From NCBI GenBank assembly GCA_963815095.1, contig CAWFFH010000003.1:1184001-1248000 (forward strand): DNA of 64,000 nucleotides, written 5' to 3'. A program made the translations under genes and the position numbers. Shown here in pieces: positions 22,316-32,439 of this stretch (positions within the stretch are counted from its first letter, which is position 1; every line of letters starts with the position of its first letter). The notes beneath the pieces are model-generated. The model was not told where the DNA came from and searched no databases. It was given only the letters and a program-made list of their open reading frames with translations. This DNA is from Candidatus Bathyarchaeota archaeon. GTDB lineage: Archaea > Thermoproteota > Bathyarchaeia > Bathyarchaeales > Bathycorpusculaceae.

Positions 22316-22690
22316 TTACAGTTCACAAAGTTCATTTAATATGTGTCTAACAGATATCAACCCTACAAGTTTTCCACCTGTGGTTATCACGGGTAGATGC
22401 CTAATCTTATGAAGTTTGATAATGTTTTTTGCTTCTTCAAATGTGGAGTCTTCGTTAACTGTAAAAGGATTTTTAGTCATAATTTTTTCTAAAGGTGCAT
22501 CTAAAGGCAAATTTTGAGCTACAACTCTTATGGCATCTCGCTCAGTGAAGATGCCTACGCATTGCTGAGCATCGTCGACAACCACTACGGATCCAATGTG
22601 CCTTTTGAAAAGGACCTCAATAGCGTCCTTCACAGGGACGTTTCCGTAAGTGGAAACTACTTCTTTTAACATTAAATCCCTAGTCATCAT
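22316..22690 (-). CDS. CBS-domain pair protein
   Basis: GIFTERD and IRHLPV...GLISVR motifs. Confidence 0.9.
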   Translation of the reverse strand: MMTRDLMLKEVVSTYGNVPVKDAIEVLFKRHIGSVVVVDDAQQCVGIFTERDAIRVVAQNLPLDAPLEKIMTKNPFTVNEDSTFEEAKNIIKLHKIRHLPVITTGGKLVGLISVRHILNELCEL

Positions 22691-22817
22691 ATCACTTGAT
22701 CTCCATCTTTAATCAGAGTTTACGAATTAATAAATGAATGAAAAGATTGTTTTGACTCAATGAATCGCCAACCTTCACTTTTGGGAACTGGTTTTAAAAT
22801 TACCCTTGTAGCCTATC

Positions 22818-23843
22818 CTATTTGTCTTCCAGATTAAGACGCGCTTGTAAATAAGCTAAAGTGGCCTCGGCACCTTTGTTCTGATTTAATCCTTGGGGTG
22901 TTATGCCGTCGCAGCAGCTCCCATTTTCGGGGTCGTACAACATTAGGCCTTTCAGATTCCCGCCCAAAAACCATTCAAAGGCTTGGTAAGCTGCATCGAG
23001 ATAGCTTTTTTCGCCTGTGTTTCTATAAGCGGCGATTGCCGCTTCGGTTGTGCATGAGGCTTCGATGGATTGTTGGTCGTAGATTGCCCGCTCAGATCCC
23101 TTTCTGTACCAACCACGATTTCCTATAGGAACGAATACGTTATTTATTGTTTGAATGTTTGTTAGAAATTTCATAGATTTTATTGCTACTTCCAGGTATC
23201 TGCTTTCTTTTGTGGCTTCGTAAGCCAAAAAAAGTGAGTGGGGTAGTCGCGCATTAGAATAAGTTAGAGAGGATTCAAACCACTCCCAATCTTCTGAGGA
23301 TTCAACTGCAAATTGTTTAGTCAGCTTATCGGCGAGTTCTTTGATGTTCAGTTTGACATTTTGGTCTTCTGGATAGGCTTTCTGATAGTGAAATAACCCC
23401 AAAATTGAGTAGGCTACTGCTCTTGGTGATGTGAAGCTTGGTGACCATTTGAAAACTTTGTCAAATACTTCTTTAGCGAGAAGTTTTGTATCTTGTGGCA
23501 ATTTTGAGTTCAAACAGTATCCGCATGCCCAGATTGTTCGGCCCATGCAATCTTCGGATCCTATTTCATCTGTAAGTTTGCGGTCATAGGTGAGGTAGTT
23601 GAACATTTTGCCGTCAGTCCTCTGCATGTAAAACAGTAGGCTTAGATAGGTTCCAATGAGTTTCTTAACTTTTTCATCATTAAATAAACTGAAATAGTTG
23701 GTACATGCAATTAGAGCTCTTGTGTTATCGTCTGTTGTGTACCCTTCTTTTTTATTGGGTGTTGCGAATTTCGAGTGTTGGAGCATTCCAACGTCGTCTG
23801 TTAACGCTTCAACAAAATCTAGTTTTATTGGAAAAATTTTCAA
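22818..23843 (-). CDS. Glycosyltransferase-associated (alpha/alpha)-barrel protein
   Basis: GMLQH, GYTTDDNTRAL, LTYSNARLP, DQQSIE and NKGAEAT motifs, typical of the C-terminal domain fused to GT4s. Confidence 0.8.
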   Translation of the reverse strand: MKIFPIKLDFVEALTDDVGMLQHSKFATPNKKEGYTTDDNTRALIACTNYFSLFNDEKVKKLIGTYLSLLFYMQRTDGKMFNYLTYDRKLTDEIGSEDCMGRTIWACGYCLNSKLPQDTKLLAKEVFDKVFKWSPSFTSPRAVAYSILGLFHYQKAYPEDQNVKLNIKELADKLTKQFAVESSEDWEWFESSLTYSNARLPHSLFLAYEATKESRYLEVAIKSMKFLTNIQTINNVFVPIGNRGWYRKGSERAIYDQQSIEASCTTEAAIAAYRNTGEKSYLDAAYQAFEWFLGGNLKGLMLYDPENGSCCDGITPQGLNQNKGAEATLAYLQARLNLEDK

Positions 23844-23850
23844 CTTAGCC

Positions 23851-25011
23851 TCACTCGGTCTCAGTTACTGATTTAATTCGTTTTAGATATTTTTTTGCCA
23901 CGTTTTTCCAGAGGAATTGTCTACTATATTTGTACGCTCTTTTTTGCATTTGCCCGCGGAAGTTTTCATCTAAGAGTCGGTTTATGCCTTCTGCAATTGA
24001 GGTGGAGTCCTTAAATTTGCATAGAATTCCTCTATCGTTAGCCAAGACTTCTTGGGCGTGATAATAAGGAGTAGACACAATAGCTTTTCCGGCGCCAAGG
24101 GCATAGATAAGTGTGCCACTGCTGATTTGGTTTGGGGAAATGTAGGGAGTTAAGTAAATGTCTGTTGCCTGAAGCAATTTGATGAGTTCGCGTTTAGTAA
24201 TGAATCTGTTTGTGAACCTGACGTTTTCTTCCAATCCGAGTTCACTGACAAGCCTTGTTAGTTCATTTCGGTATTTTTCGCCCTCATGTTTTCTGACTTC
24301 AGGATGGGTTTCTCCGATGATGAGGTAAATTATTCGGGGTTCTCTTTTAATAACTTCGGGAAGAGCTTGAATAGCGTATTCAATTCCTTTGCCGCTGCTT
24401 ATTAGCCCAAAGGTGGATGCTACCAGGCGCTCTTTTAGGCCTAGTAATTCCTTGATTGATTTGCCTTTTGTGCAATCAATGCTTGGGCAACCGTGCGGAA
24501 TAACAACACATTTCTTGTAAGGTATTCCTTGTTTTTTTAACATATCGATTGCGGCATGAGCGATTACAATAACCGATTCACTTCTTTCAATTATGTATTT
24601 TAGGACTTCAATCGCTTTTTTATCAAAATTAGGTTGTACGGTGTGAAGAGTGGTGATGACTGGTTTTTTGACGTTTTCTAAGAAGAGCTTGAGGTGTTCA
24701 CCGTAATCGCCTCCGTACAGGCCGAACTCGTGTTGGATAACTACCAGCTGAATATTTGACGAGTTAACGTATTCGGCTGCTCTAACGTAGTCTTCGGCAT
24801 CATCGCGTTCAATTATCCATTTGACATGCCTGTCGTAGTCGTAAATCGCGCCTTTTTCGTTTATGGCAATTATTGACTGCTTAAATCCTTCTAAATCAGA
24901 TACTGCATCAATTAGGTCTTTTGTGAAGTTTGCAATTCCGCATTCTCTTGGGGGATAAGTGCTCAAATAAGCAATGCGTTTTGTTTCATTATTCAAAATA
25001 AGTTTTTGCAT
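23851..25011 (-). CDS. GT4-family glycosyltransferase
   Basis: YPPRECGIANF, QHEFGLYGG, KGIEY and SSGTL motifs. Confidence 0.9.
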   Translation of the reverse strand: MQKLILNNETKRIAYLSTYPPRECGIANFTKDLIDAVSDLEGFKQSIIAINEKGAIYDYDRHVKWIIERDDAEDYVRAAEYVNSSNIQLVVIQHEFGLYGGDYGEHLKLFLENVKKPVITTLHTVQPNFDKKAIEVLKYIIERSESVIVIAHAAIDMLKKQGIPYKKCVVIPHGCPSIDCTKGKSIKELLGLKERLVASTFGLISSGKGIEYAIQALPEVIKREPRIIYLIIGETHPEVRKHEGEKYRNELTRLVSELGLEENVRFTNRFITKRELIKLLQATDIYLTPYISPNQISSGTLIYALGAGKAIVSTPYYHAQEVLANDRGILCKFKDSTSIAEGINRLLDENFRGQMQKRAYKYSRQFLWKNVAKKYLKRIKSVTETE

Positions 25012-25438
25012 TTTACATGAGCTCGCTTTTTTATTGTTTATTATCCCAAATTTCCCTTTTTTGCAACTTTGGGAATGCCGATATTTCGAAATCAATCAGC
25101 TTTTAGTTTTCAGCGAAGAATTAAGTCAGGATATTTCTGGTTTTGAGGCCTGAAGCCTTGCTTTTCTTCACCTAATACTTATCCTCCGACCTTTATGTCT
25201 GTTACCTTCAATTTTTATGATCTTTTTTATTCAGAAAAGGAGATGGATTACTTCCCTGATTTAGTTGTCTATACATCCATTTTCAAATTTTTTAAGAAAA
25301 AACGAATAGCGGATAAACCAAATATATGAGGGTACTTCAAAAGTTCCTTTAACTTGAGTTAGTTGTGACTGTAATGACCCAATCACTGAAGTTAATATTC
25401 TATATTTTAACGTAATATAGGTTAGTAATATTATCGAG

Positions 25439-25648
25439 GTGGGATGTTTGAAAATGAAATTAAGTGGGCGATGCCCCTGCGGTTATTTTTTTGATGTTTT
25501 TAATGATGATGCTAACGCTGCCATCGATGAGATAAGGTTACATTTTGAACGAGTACATAAGAATCTTCTTCCTTTTGGAATTACTGACAAGGAAGCATTG
25601 GCTCTATTAAAGAAAGAGAAACCACATAAGAAACGTAATGTTTCTTAA
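25439..25648 (+). CDS. Small zinc-finger-like protein (CxC...HxxxxH)
   Basis: CPCG...IRLHFERVH; GAGGTG ribosome-binding site. Confidence 0.6.
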   Translation: MGCLKMKLSGRCPCGYFFDVFNDDANAAIDEIRLHFERVHKNLLPFGITDKEALALLKKEKPHKKRNVS

Positions 25649-26096
25649 GCAATTTTTATCAGCGGATTATATGATTTCGGGAATGGTTGAACTGAAGGCA
25701 AACATGCTCCAAATAAAAATTCTTACTGTGTTGAAGTTATCGAGATTCACAAGCCCCAGAAGACGTAAATAACGAATTCTTAAATCGGTGTTTAGGGCAA
25801 TTAGGTCGATTTATTGCGGTTTTAAGATATTTTCATGCGTCTTTGATGGTTTAATCTCGCTTTAGGTCTCCAGAATTTGGGTTTATCCAGATTGTCATGT
25901 TTCAGAGGCGGTTTAAGCTACTTAGCGATTGTTTGATTCAGGGAATCAAGCAATTTGTTGATAAAACTTTTCTCTTTAATTGGAAATGAATCTAAAATCA
26001 CAAAAATAGAACGAATTATTGGGTGTTATTGTGCCATGCCTATCACAAGTCGTTATATGAAATAAGACGATATATGTTTACAAAGAGTTAGTCGCA

Positions 26097-26369
26097 ATGA
26101 CAAAGAACCAAGAAATTAACTTCACTTCGGACCAAGAAAGAAAAATCAAATCCACCCAAGTTAAAAAAGGGATGCCTACTATCAGATGCATATGCGGCAT
26201 GAGGATTTTAGTAGTTCCAGATTTGAAAGCTATGAACCGCGCCATCAAAAATCATTTAGCTGAACACCAGCAAGCGGATTATTCTTCAGTGCATGACTCA
26301 CTGGAGTCTTTTTTGACCGAGCAGATTTTGATAGCGGCAAGCAAAAGGAATCTGCCCAATGTTAGTTAG
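26097..26369 (+). CDS. Small zinc-finger-like protein (CxC...HxxxH)
   Basis: IRCICG...IKNHLAEH; TATA-like TTATATG upstream. Confidence 0.7.
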   Translation: MTKNQEINFTSDQERKIKSTQVKKGMPTIRCICGMRILVVPDLKAMNRAIKNHLAEHQQADYSSVHDSLESFLTEQILIAASKRNLPNVS

Positions 26370-26732
26370 CGAAGAATAGCTTACAAAGACCCTAAATTTG
26401 GGGTAAAGTAGTAAAAAGGTTTGGTATCCTTTGATTTTTTGAAGTCTTCAGAACGGATACCAAAACGCCTTAGTTCTTTAAAAGTGAACTAATACACGAT
26501 TCTTTATGAGCAAAAACAGTTTTTGTGTAGTGGCATTTGTTTGCATAGTTCTATTTTCTAGTGATTTCTCAATTTTTAAAAAGAAACTTGAAAAAATAAG
26601 CAGCAAAGTCCGTATCTTAATCAATTTGCAAAGACAATATAGCCTTCATCTGATATGTTATGGAGTTTTCAAAAAATTTATTAATTATTTCAAATTTTTA
26701 TAGTTGAAAACTAACTTGTAACAGGGAAGCAT

Positions 26733-27830
26733 TTGCCTACGTTTACGCCTTTTGGCTCGGAAGAAGTTGTGGAAAAAGAGAAACTGGCTTTAGAAGTAAT
26801 AAGAGCGTGCCGAACAGACCAAGGTTTCAACGCCAGCACGCAGCTTTATCATCAGCTTTGGCTAAGAGACTTGGTTTACTCGGAAGATGCCCTGCTACGA
26901 CTTGGATTTCGAAGGGATGTTGAAAATCACTTTTCTGAATTTATAGCATTGCAGCGCAACACCGGGCAAATGCCAACAGTCATTGATTACGGACCAAGCA
27001 AAGTGATTCGTCAAAGATATCAGCGCTGCCCATCTGATGCAGAAATTTTGTTTGTCATTGGAATGAATAAGCTAGTAGACGTTGGGTGTGACGAGTTTTT
27101 TGATGAAAATATGGAATCCATGAAATTATGCGTTGCCTTTATCGAGAATAAGCTGGATTCGCATAGGTTTATTCCTGGTATGGATTGGAGGGATGCAATG
27201 CCCGTCTACATCGGCAAGTACCTTTTGGCAAACCAGATGCTATTGGCTGATATGTACGAATTGCAGGGAAACTCGCAGGCGTCGAATTTAGTTAAGGAAA
27301 ATGTGAACAAGCTCTTTTATTGTGGAGATTTAGGTTGGTATGCAGACTCTATACATTGGAGTGGAAATGAGCTAAAGATGGATCGACACTTCGACTCCCT
27401 CGGTAATGCCTTAGCAATCCTCAATGGAACAGCTTCAAAAAAAGTTTCAGAAAGCATACTTAGGGGCTTTAATGTTGCAAAAACACCTTTTGGCTACAGA
27501 AACATTGTGCCCTACTACGTAATCAACAGAGAGAAGGCATTAGCTACATGGTACAAGACATGCCGAGTACCGTTTGCAGTATTCCTCAGAAATAGGACTG
27601 GCAAATATCAAAACTCAGCAATATGGCCATTTGTCGAAATAAGAGTGATTGAAGCACTAAGAAAACTACAAGCCAAAAACGAAGCTGATTCAGCAACCAA
27701 CACTATGATTAAACGCCAAGGCTTCAACGAGCTGTACGATCCAACAACTGGTTCGCCGGAAGGAAGCGATGGGCAGCTCTGGACAGCAACGGCGACACTT
27801 GAGGCGATTAATTACTTTAATAATCAATAA
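26733..27830 (+). CDS. (alpha/alpha)6-barrel glycoside hydrolase (amylo-alpha-1,6-glucosidase/invertase-like)
   Basis: LWLRD, DWRD, YQNSAIWPF, GFNELYDPTTG and QLWTA motifs. Confidence 0.8.
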   Translation: MPTFTPFGSEEVVEKEKLALEVIRACRTDQGFNASTQLYHQLWLRDLVYSEDALLRLGFRRDVENHFSEFIALQRNTGQMPTVIDYGPSKVIRQRYQRCPSDAEILFVIGMNKLVDVGCDEFFDENMESMKLCVAFIENKLDSHRFIPGMDWRDAMPVYIGKYLLANQMLLADMYELQGNSQASNLVKENVNKLFYCGDLGWYADSIHWSGNELKMDRHFDSLGNALAILNGTASKKVSESILRGFNVAKTPFGYRNIVPYYVINREKALATWYKTCRVPFAVFLRNRTGKYQNSAIWPFVEIRVIEALRKLQAKNEADSATNTMIKRQGFNELYDPTTGSPEGSDGQLWTATATLEAINYFNNQ

Positions 27831-28164
27831 CTAAATTGCAGTGCGAACGGGGTAGAGACGAATAATTTTGTAAATTCTGGTCCAAATTTTAATAAAGGCA
27901 AGTCTTAAATCTGAAGCTGAGAATCAAAAAGTGATGACTTTAATGAGTAAAAATTCAAGCACTGAGATTATAGAAAACAATGGAAAGCAAATCAAAGAGA
28001 AATATGGTGTTGAAGTTTATCGATTGTTTCATGGTCTATCATGCACTAAGTTAGACAAAGAACAAGGATATTTCCTGCTTACGTTAATGGATGAACTTCT
28101 AAAAGTTAAATGATTGATATTGGGGAGCAAACTAGAACAGAATTAGCCTCTAAATCAGCAACAG

Positions 28165-28242
28165 TGGCGGGCGGGGAGGGATTTGAACCCTCGACCCCCA
28201 ACTTAGGAGGCTGGTGCTCTATCCGTACTGAGCTACTCGCCC
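28165..28242 (-). tRNA. tRNA-Arg(CCT) with encoded CCA and an A6-C67 acceptor-stem mismatch
   Basis: Reverse complement GGGCGAG TAGCTCAGTACGGATAGAGC A CCAGC CTCCTAA GTTGG GGGTC GAGGG TTCAAAT CCCTC CCCGCCC G CCA. Confidence 0.92.
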
Positions 28243-28530
28243 AACTATTCTTTAAAATGGTGTCTGATTCTATTTGACCATTTTGACCTTTATTATGACC
28301 TAGGTCAATTAAGCCTTTATTGCTATCAGATAATTGAGTTTGAGATAAAGTTTCTCTGTGATTCAATAACTCTTTATCTGCATAAACCTTGGATTGTTGA
28401 TGATAGTAGAATCTCTTAGTTGTAGCATCTTTGTGTCTTACTCCAAAATATCTAGCTTCACCTTTACTGTTGTAGAATATTTTGCAGAGAATCCTCATAT
28501 TACAGACTTAACACAAAAACTTACGTACAC
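28243..28530 (-). pseudogene. Degenerate ORF reading into tRNA-Arg; possible N-terminal fragment of a tRNA-split integrase
   Basis: Disrupted C*VC zinc-knuckle upstream of RYFGVRH...FYYHQQ; frame continues through the tRNA. Confidence 0.35.
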
Positions 28531-28644
28531 ATCTTATCTTCATTCTTGACCAATCCCTCAGTTTGGGGACCTGACTGGTCAACTTTAGATATAAAAACCT
28601 CTAAAAGAAGATCTTTAAAGTAAAATATAGAAAAAGAAAAAAAG

Positions 28645-28890
28645 TTAGCTGTTTTTAAAAAACTCTAAAATCTTCTTATCTGTCTTCTTCATTTCCAGAT
28701 TTACACTATTTAGTCTTTTTCTTAAGGGTTCTATCGTCTTCAGCTTATCAGATGGTATTGTTACAACATTATCCACAGTTAGAGACTCATATAATCTAAG
28801 AATCTCATGTTCCATCTCAAACTTCTCAGCACTTAAGGTTTTATACTGTTTGAGCAATCGGTTGAAATCATCCTTAGCTATTTTATTCAT
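28645..28890 (-). CDS. Small coiled-coil hypothetical protein
   Basis: 81-aa ORF with GGTGA ribosome-binding site. Confidence 0.55.
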   Translation of the reverse strand: MNKIAKDDFNRLLKQYKTLSAEKFEMEHEILRLYESLTVDNVVTIPSDKLKTIEPLRKRLNSVNLEMKKTDKKILEFFKNS

Positions 28891-29059
28891 TCACAATTCA
28901 CCAGTACAAACAAAGTTTTAGTTTGTTTGAATATTTGAATTTTTAGAAAATCCACCTAAACATGCAATATAGATAATCCTGGGAATAAATGTGCAAATCA
29001 GCTTAGCCAACTTTCCATCAGTTTTAGATGATTAGATTAAGAAAGGGTATTGGGTAGGA

Positions 29060-29206
29060 TTATGCAATGAAAATTGATTGGTTGACCGTAACTTTGAAGT
29101 TATGGTGGCATCGTTCGCAAGTAAAGGCTTGAATAGTGAAATTGTAATTTTTCAGTTCTCTGAAAGGTTTGTTAACTTCTTTGCCGCAACTGGGACAGTG
29201 AGCCAT
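29060..29206 (-). CDS. 48-aa zinc-ribbon protein, paralog 1 (absent from ORF track)
   Basis: MAHCPSCGKEVNKPFRELKNYNFTIQAFTCERCHHNFKVTVNQSIFIA*. Confidence 0.8.
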   Translation of the reverse strand: MAHCPSCGKEVNKPFRELKNYNFTIQAFTCERCHHNFKVTVNQSIFIA

Positions 29207-29348
29207 TTTTGCATCAGTCGTTCTCCTTTAGATTCGTTGAGAATATGAGCATTATGAATTCAGAATATGGTCTAATGTTCAATTCTTCACTGAAGGCAAA
29301 TATGTTTTAAGTACGCTAAAGGCGCCCGACAGTTTCATCATGTATACT

Positions 29349-29573
29349 CTATTCTTTCGCTGCAAAGTTTTGTTGATTTGCAGAGTTCATGAAGCCGATA
29401 TTTCTTTGTTGTACGTGTCTTATCTGTGAATGGGCAGAAGAAAAGGTACTGCGAGGACTTTTTGTTTGAAAGTTACTTTTTTCGCCTGTACATGATAGGC
29501 ACCATCCAATAAAAAATGGAAAAGCAAGAAAAGGTAACATGACGATTTTTCGAACTCTATTCGGTTTCGACAA
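29349..29573 (-). CDS. Small hypothetical protein with one TM helix
   Basis: LPFLAFPFFIGWCL hydrophobic segment; GAGGGG ribosome-binding site. Confidence 0.55.
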   Translation of the reverse strand: MSKPNRVRKIVMLPFLAFPFFIGWCLSCTGEKSNFQTKSPRSTFSSAHSQIRHVQQRNIGFMNSANQQNFAAKE

Positions 29574-29780
29574 ATCTATTCCCCTCTATAAGTAATTGTT
29601 ATTAAACTTAAAATAAGACTTTTTGAGAAGTGGACTTCGCTACTTTGTCAATTCCAATAATGTATGTTAAAAATAGAGATTTTCGATTTTATCCTTTAAT
29701 TTTTGGCATAAGAAAAATAGCCTACCAATAGATCGTTAACAATCCTTGGTTAAATGTAATCTCAGTAGAACCGAGAAAAG

Positions 29781-29927
29781 TCAAACAATATACATTGATT
29801 GATTTTTTGTTACTTTGAAGTTATGGTGGCATTTTCTGCAATTGTATGCTTCGATTGTAAAGCATTGATTTTTTAGTACACTTGACGGTTTTTCAACTAC
29901 TTTTCCACAACTAGGACAGTGCGTCAT
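29781..29927 (-). CDS. 48-aa zinc-ribbon protein, paralog 2 (absent from ORF track)
   Basis: MTHCPSCGKVVEKPSSVLKNQCFTIEAYNCRKCHHNFKVTKNQSMYIV*. Confidence 0.8.
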   Translation of the reverse strand: MTHCPSCGKVVEKPSSVLKNQCFTIEAYNCRKCHHNFKVTKNQSMYIV

Positions 29928-30102
29928 TTGCATCAGTATCCTTGTTTCTTGTAAAAGCTTTTGAATATTATGAATCCAAAATAAGTATCAAGTAGTTGAG
30001 CGCAAGGCACTTTGCTTAGAATCCATTGTTTTAATGTTATCAATTTTAGAACATCAAAATGAAATCCAGGAAAAAAACAAACTTTTTTAAAATGATAGGA
30101 GA

Positions 30103-30248
30103 GTCGGTTGAGTCTAAACCTCACAAATGGCACCGCCTAATCGGAAAAGCACTTGCTACTCGCCACCTTGATGTTATCTCGGCTGCGTTTTAGCAGTAAC
30201 TTAGCGACCAATACTGCGTGTCACCGTGAAGCGTGTTCCTCAACCGGC
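30103..30248 (-). ncRNA. Candidate structured ncRNA, copy A (rod-like hairpin with basal k-turn)
   Basis: Ends pair (CGGUUGAG/CUCAACCG); core GUUGAGGAACACGCU...GGUUUAGACUCAAC shared with copy B; upstream CCAACA-N6-TATATTTGATC. Confidence 0.65.
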
Positions 30249-30325
30249 ATTAAGATAGACTCTTTTGATCAAATATATTGCTTTGTTGGCTCACTGAGAT
30301 GCCAACAGAAAACAGGTGAAACGTT

Positions 30326-31108
30326 TTATTTTCTAAATTTTGCTGTCCGGTTAGCGATTAACGTGGCTACTGCGCCGGCTGCGACGCCGCCATCAATGTT
30401 AACTACCGCTAACCCCAAAGAGCAGGATTGAAGCATAGCCATTAATGCGCTCAAACCTTTTTCGCCAAAACCGTAGCTGTTAGAGGTTGGAACAGCAATC
30501 ACTGGAACATCAACCAACCCTGACACCACAGAAGCCAATGCGCCTTCTCTTCCTGCCACGACCACAACTACATCCACATCCTCAGATAGGACCTGTTTTA
30601 AAGGTTCAAGTAACCTGTGGATTCCTGCTACCCCAACATCGTAAGTTGAGAAAACAGTACAACCCATCTCTTGAGCAATAATTTTTGCTTCTTCAGCTAC
30701 CGGGATGTCTGAGGTTCCTGCAGTTAAAATTGCGATTTTTCCACCAGTGGGGGTTATGGCGAAATCTTTCTTTTTTATCACAGCCATTCTGGCTTTATCA
30801 TTAATCTCAAGCAAAACCTCGCTGGAAAATGCTTCTTTAATCGCTTGCATATGCTCACTTGAACATCTGCTGACAATTACTCTTCCACTTTTAGTCAGCA
30901 TTCTTTTAGATATTTCAGTAACGTCATTTGCTGTTTTGCCTTCAGCCAAAATAATTTCAGGGATACCCTTACGCAGCTCCCGGTTTCCATCAAGCTTTGC
31001 CAAGCAACCAACTTCATCAACGGCAAGCATCTTTAACAATTTTTCAGCTTCAGACGGCGAAATCTGATTTGAAGCAACTTTATCTAAAACTTCTCTTAAC
31101 GATGGCAT
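30326..31108 (-). CDS. larB: Nickel pincer cofactor biosynthesis protein LarB
   Basis: RKGIPEIILAEGK, AGTSDIPVAEEA, DVGVAGIHRL, PTS..YG and VVNID motifs. Confidence 0.95.
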   Translation of the reverse strand: MPSLREVLDKVASNQISPSEAEKLLKMLAVDEVGCLAKLDGNRELRKGIPEIILAEGKTANDVTEISKRMLTKSGRVIVSRCSSEHMQAIKEAFSSEVLLEINDKARMAVIKKKDFAITPTGGKIAILTAGTSDIPVAEEAKIIAQEMGCTVFSTYDVGVAGIHRLLEPLKQVLSEDVDVVVVVAGREGALASVVSGLVDVPVIAVPTSNSYGFGEKGLSALMAMLQSCSLGLAVVNIDGGVAAGAVATLIANRTAKFRK

Positions 31109-31185
31109 AAACAGACAATATTTAAAAAACGCAACTTAATATATCTATTATGTTTGCTTGCTTGAGAAAGTTTTTGTGATAGATT

Positions 31186-32427
31186 ATGGTTGAATCCAAA
31201 AAAATTCTTGTAATTGATTGTCAGGCTTCCGGGGTGGCGGGAGATATGATTCTTGGGGCGTTAATTGATCTTGGAGCTTCCGTTGACAAGATTAACGGCG
31301 CCATAAAATCTTTGGAGAACCCCAAGTATGGCTATGAAAACATCAAAATCGACATTGCAGAAGTAATGCGGGGCGAATTCAAAGCTACCCAAATCAACGT
31401 GACATCAAAATCGGCCCCCAAAAGGCATGGAAGCGAATTAATTGGCATAGTAGAAAAAGCCTCCAGTGAGCTTGTGCTTTCGGAGAAGGCTAAACAGTTC
31501 GCTTCAAACGTAATCCACTCGCTCGTTGGCGAAGAAGCGGATTTGCATAAAACCTCTTTTGATGATTCACATTTGCATGAGGTGGCAATGGTTGATACTG
31601 CGGCAGAAATTATTGGTTGTGCAGTTGCGTTGGATGATTTGGGTTTGTTTGATTCAAAAATCTATTCTACCCCTGTAGCGGTTGGCGGTGGAACATTCAA
31701 GTTTTCTCACGGCACGGTTTCAAGTCCTGCACCAGCGACATTAGCTATTCTTCAATCAAAGAATTTTCCCTTCCAAGGCGGACCTATTGAGGCTGAACTT
31801 GCAACGCCGACGGGTGTTTCCATTTTAGTAAATTTGGCTGAGCAAGTTAATCGTTTTTACCCTCCTATGGCGCCGTTGAGGATTGGTTATGGCGCAGGAA
31901 CCAAAGAGTTTGCTGAGATGCCCGCAGTTCTTAGACTTACAATAGGCGCCACTATCGACAATGAGGTTGTTAAAGATGAAATCGCAGTTTTAGAAACCAA
32001 CATAGACGATGCCACAGGTGAAGTCTTAGGCTACACAATTGACAAACTGCTCCAAGAAGGCGCAAAAGACGTATCCATCACCCCGATGGTTACAAAGAAA
32101 AACCGTCCCGGACAAATCATAAAAGTTATCGCGGACCAAAAAGACGTACCTCACCTCTCAAGCGTACTCATAGCTGAGACAGGAACCCTTGGAGTACGAG
32201 TTTACTATTGCGAGCGACACATCATTGCCCGAGAATTATATTCTGTTGATTTGCCCCTTGGCGGAGCCAAAGAAACCATCAGGCTTAAGGTTTCAAAAAA
32301 CAACAACGGAGAAATCCTTCGCATTAAACCAGAATTCGACGACCTTAAACGGGTAGCGGAAAAAACCAAGAAGCCTCTAAGAGAAATATCGGACCTTGCC
32401 ATTTCTAAAGCCCGGGAAATGCTGTAA
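31186..32427 (+). CDS. larC: Nickel pincer cofactor nickel insertase LarC
   Basis: GVAGDMILGAL, HLHEV, PAPAT, TPTG, LETNIDD, KKNRPG, ETGTLGVR and KPEFDD motifs. Confidence 0.95.
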   Translation: MVESKKILVIDCQASGVAGDMILGALIDLGASVDKINGAIKSLENPKYGYENIKIDIAEVMRGEFKATQINVTSKSAPKRHGSELIGIVEKASSELVLSEKAKQFASNVIHSLVGEEADLHKTSFDDSHLHEVAMVDTAAEIIGCAVALDDLGLFDSKIYSTPVAVGGGTFKFSHGTVSSPAPATLAILQSKNFPFQGGPIEAELATPTGVSILVNLAEQVNRFYPPMAPLRIGYGAGTKEFAEMPAVLRLTIGATIDNEVVKDEIAVLETNIDDATGEVLGYTIDKLLQEGAKDVSITPMVTKKNRPGQIIKVIADQKDVPHLSSVLIAETGTLGVRVYYCERHIIARELYSVDLPLGGAKETIRLKVSKNNNGEILRIKPEFDDLKRVAEKTKKPLREISDLAISKAREML

Positions 32428-32439
32428 TCGGTGGTTTGC

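Noticed and set aside
26416-26471. Hairpin TTTGGTATCC...GGATACCAAA
   Set aside because: Single copy just downstream of a gene; compatible with a terminator or stability hairpin, with no further support
27931-27966. GTGATGA...CTGA as a C/D box sRNA
   Set aside because: Too short, no C'/D' boxes, and it overlaps a small ORF start
30153-30431. 92-aa plus-strand ORF
   Set aside because: Antisense to larB and ncRNA copy A, with no motif
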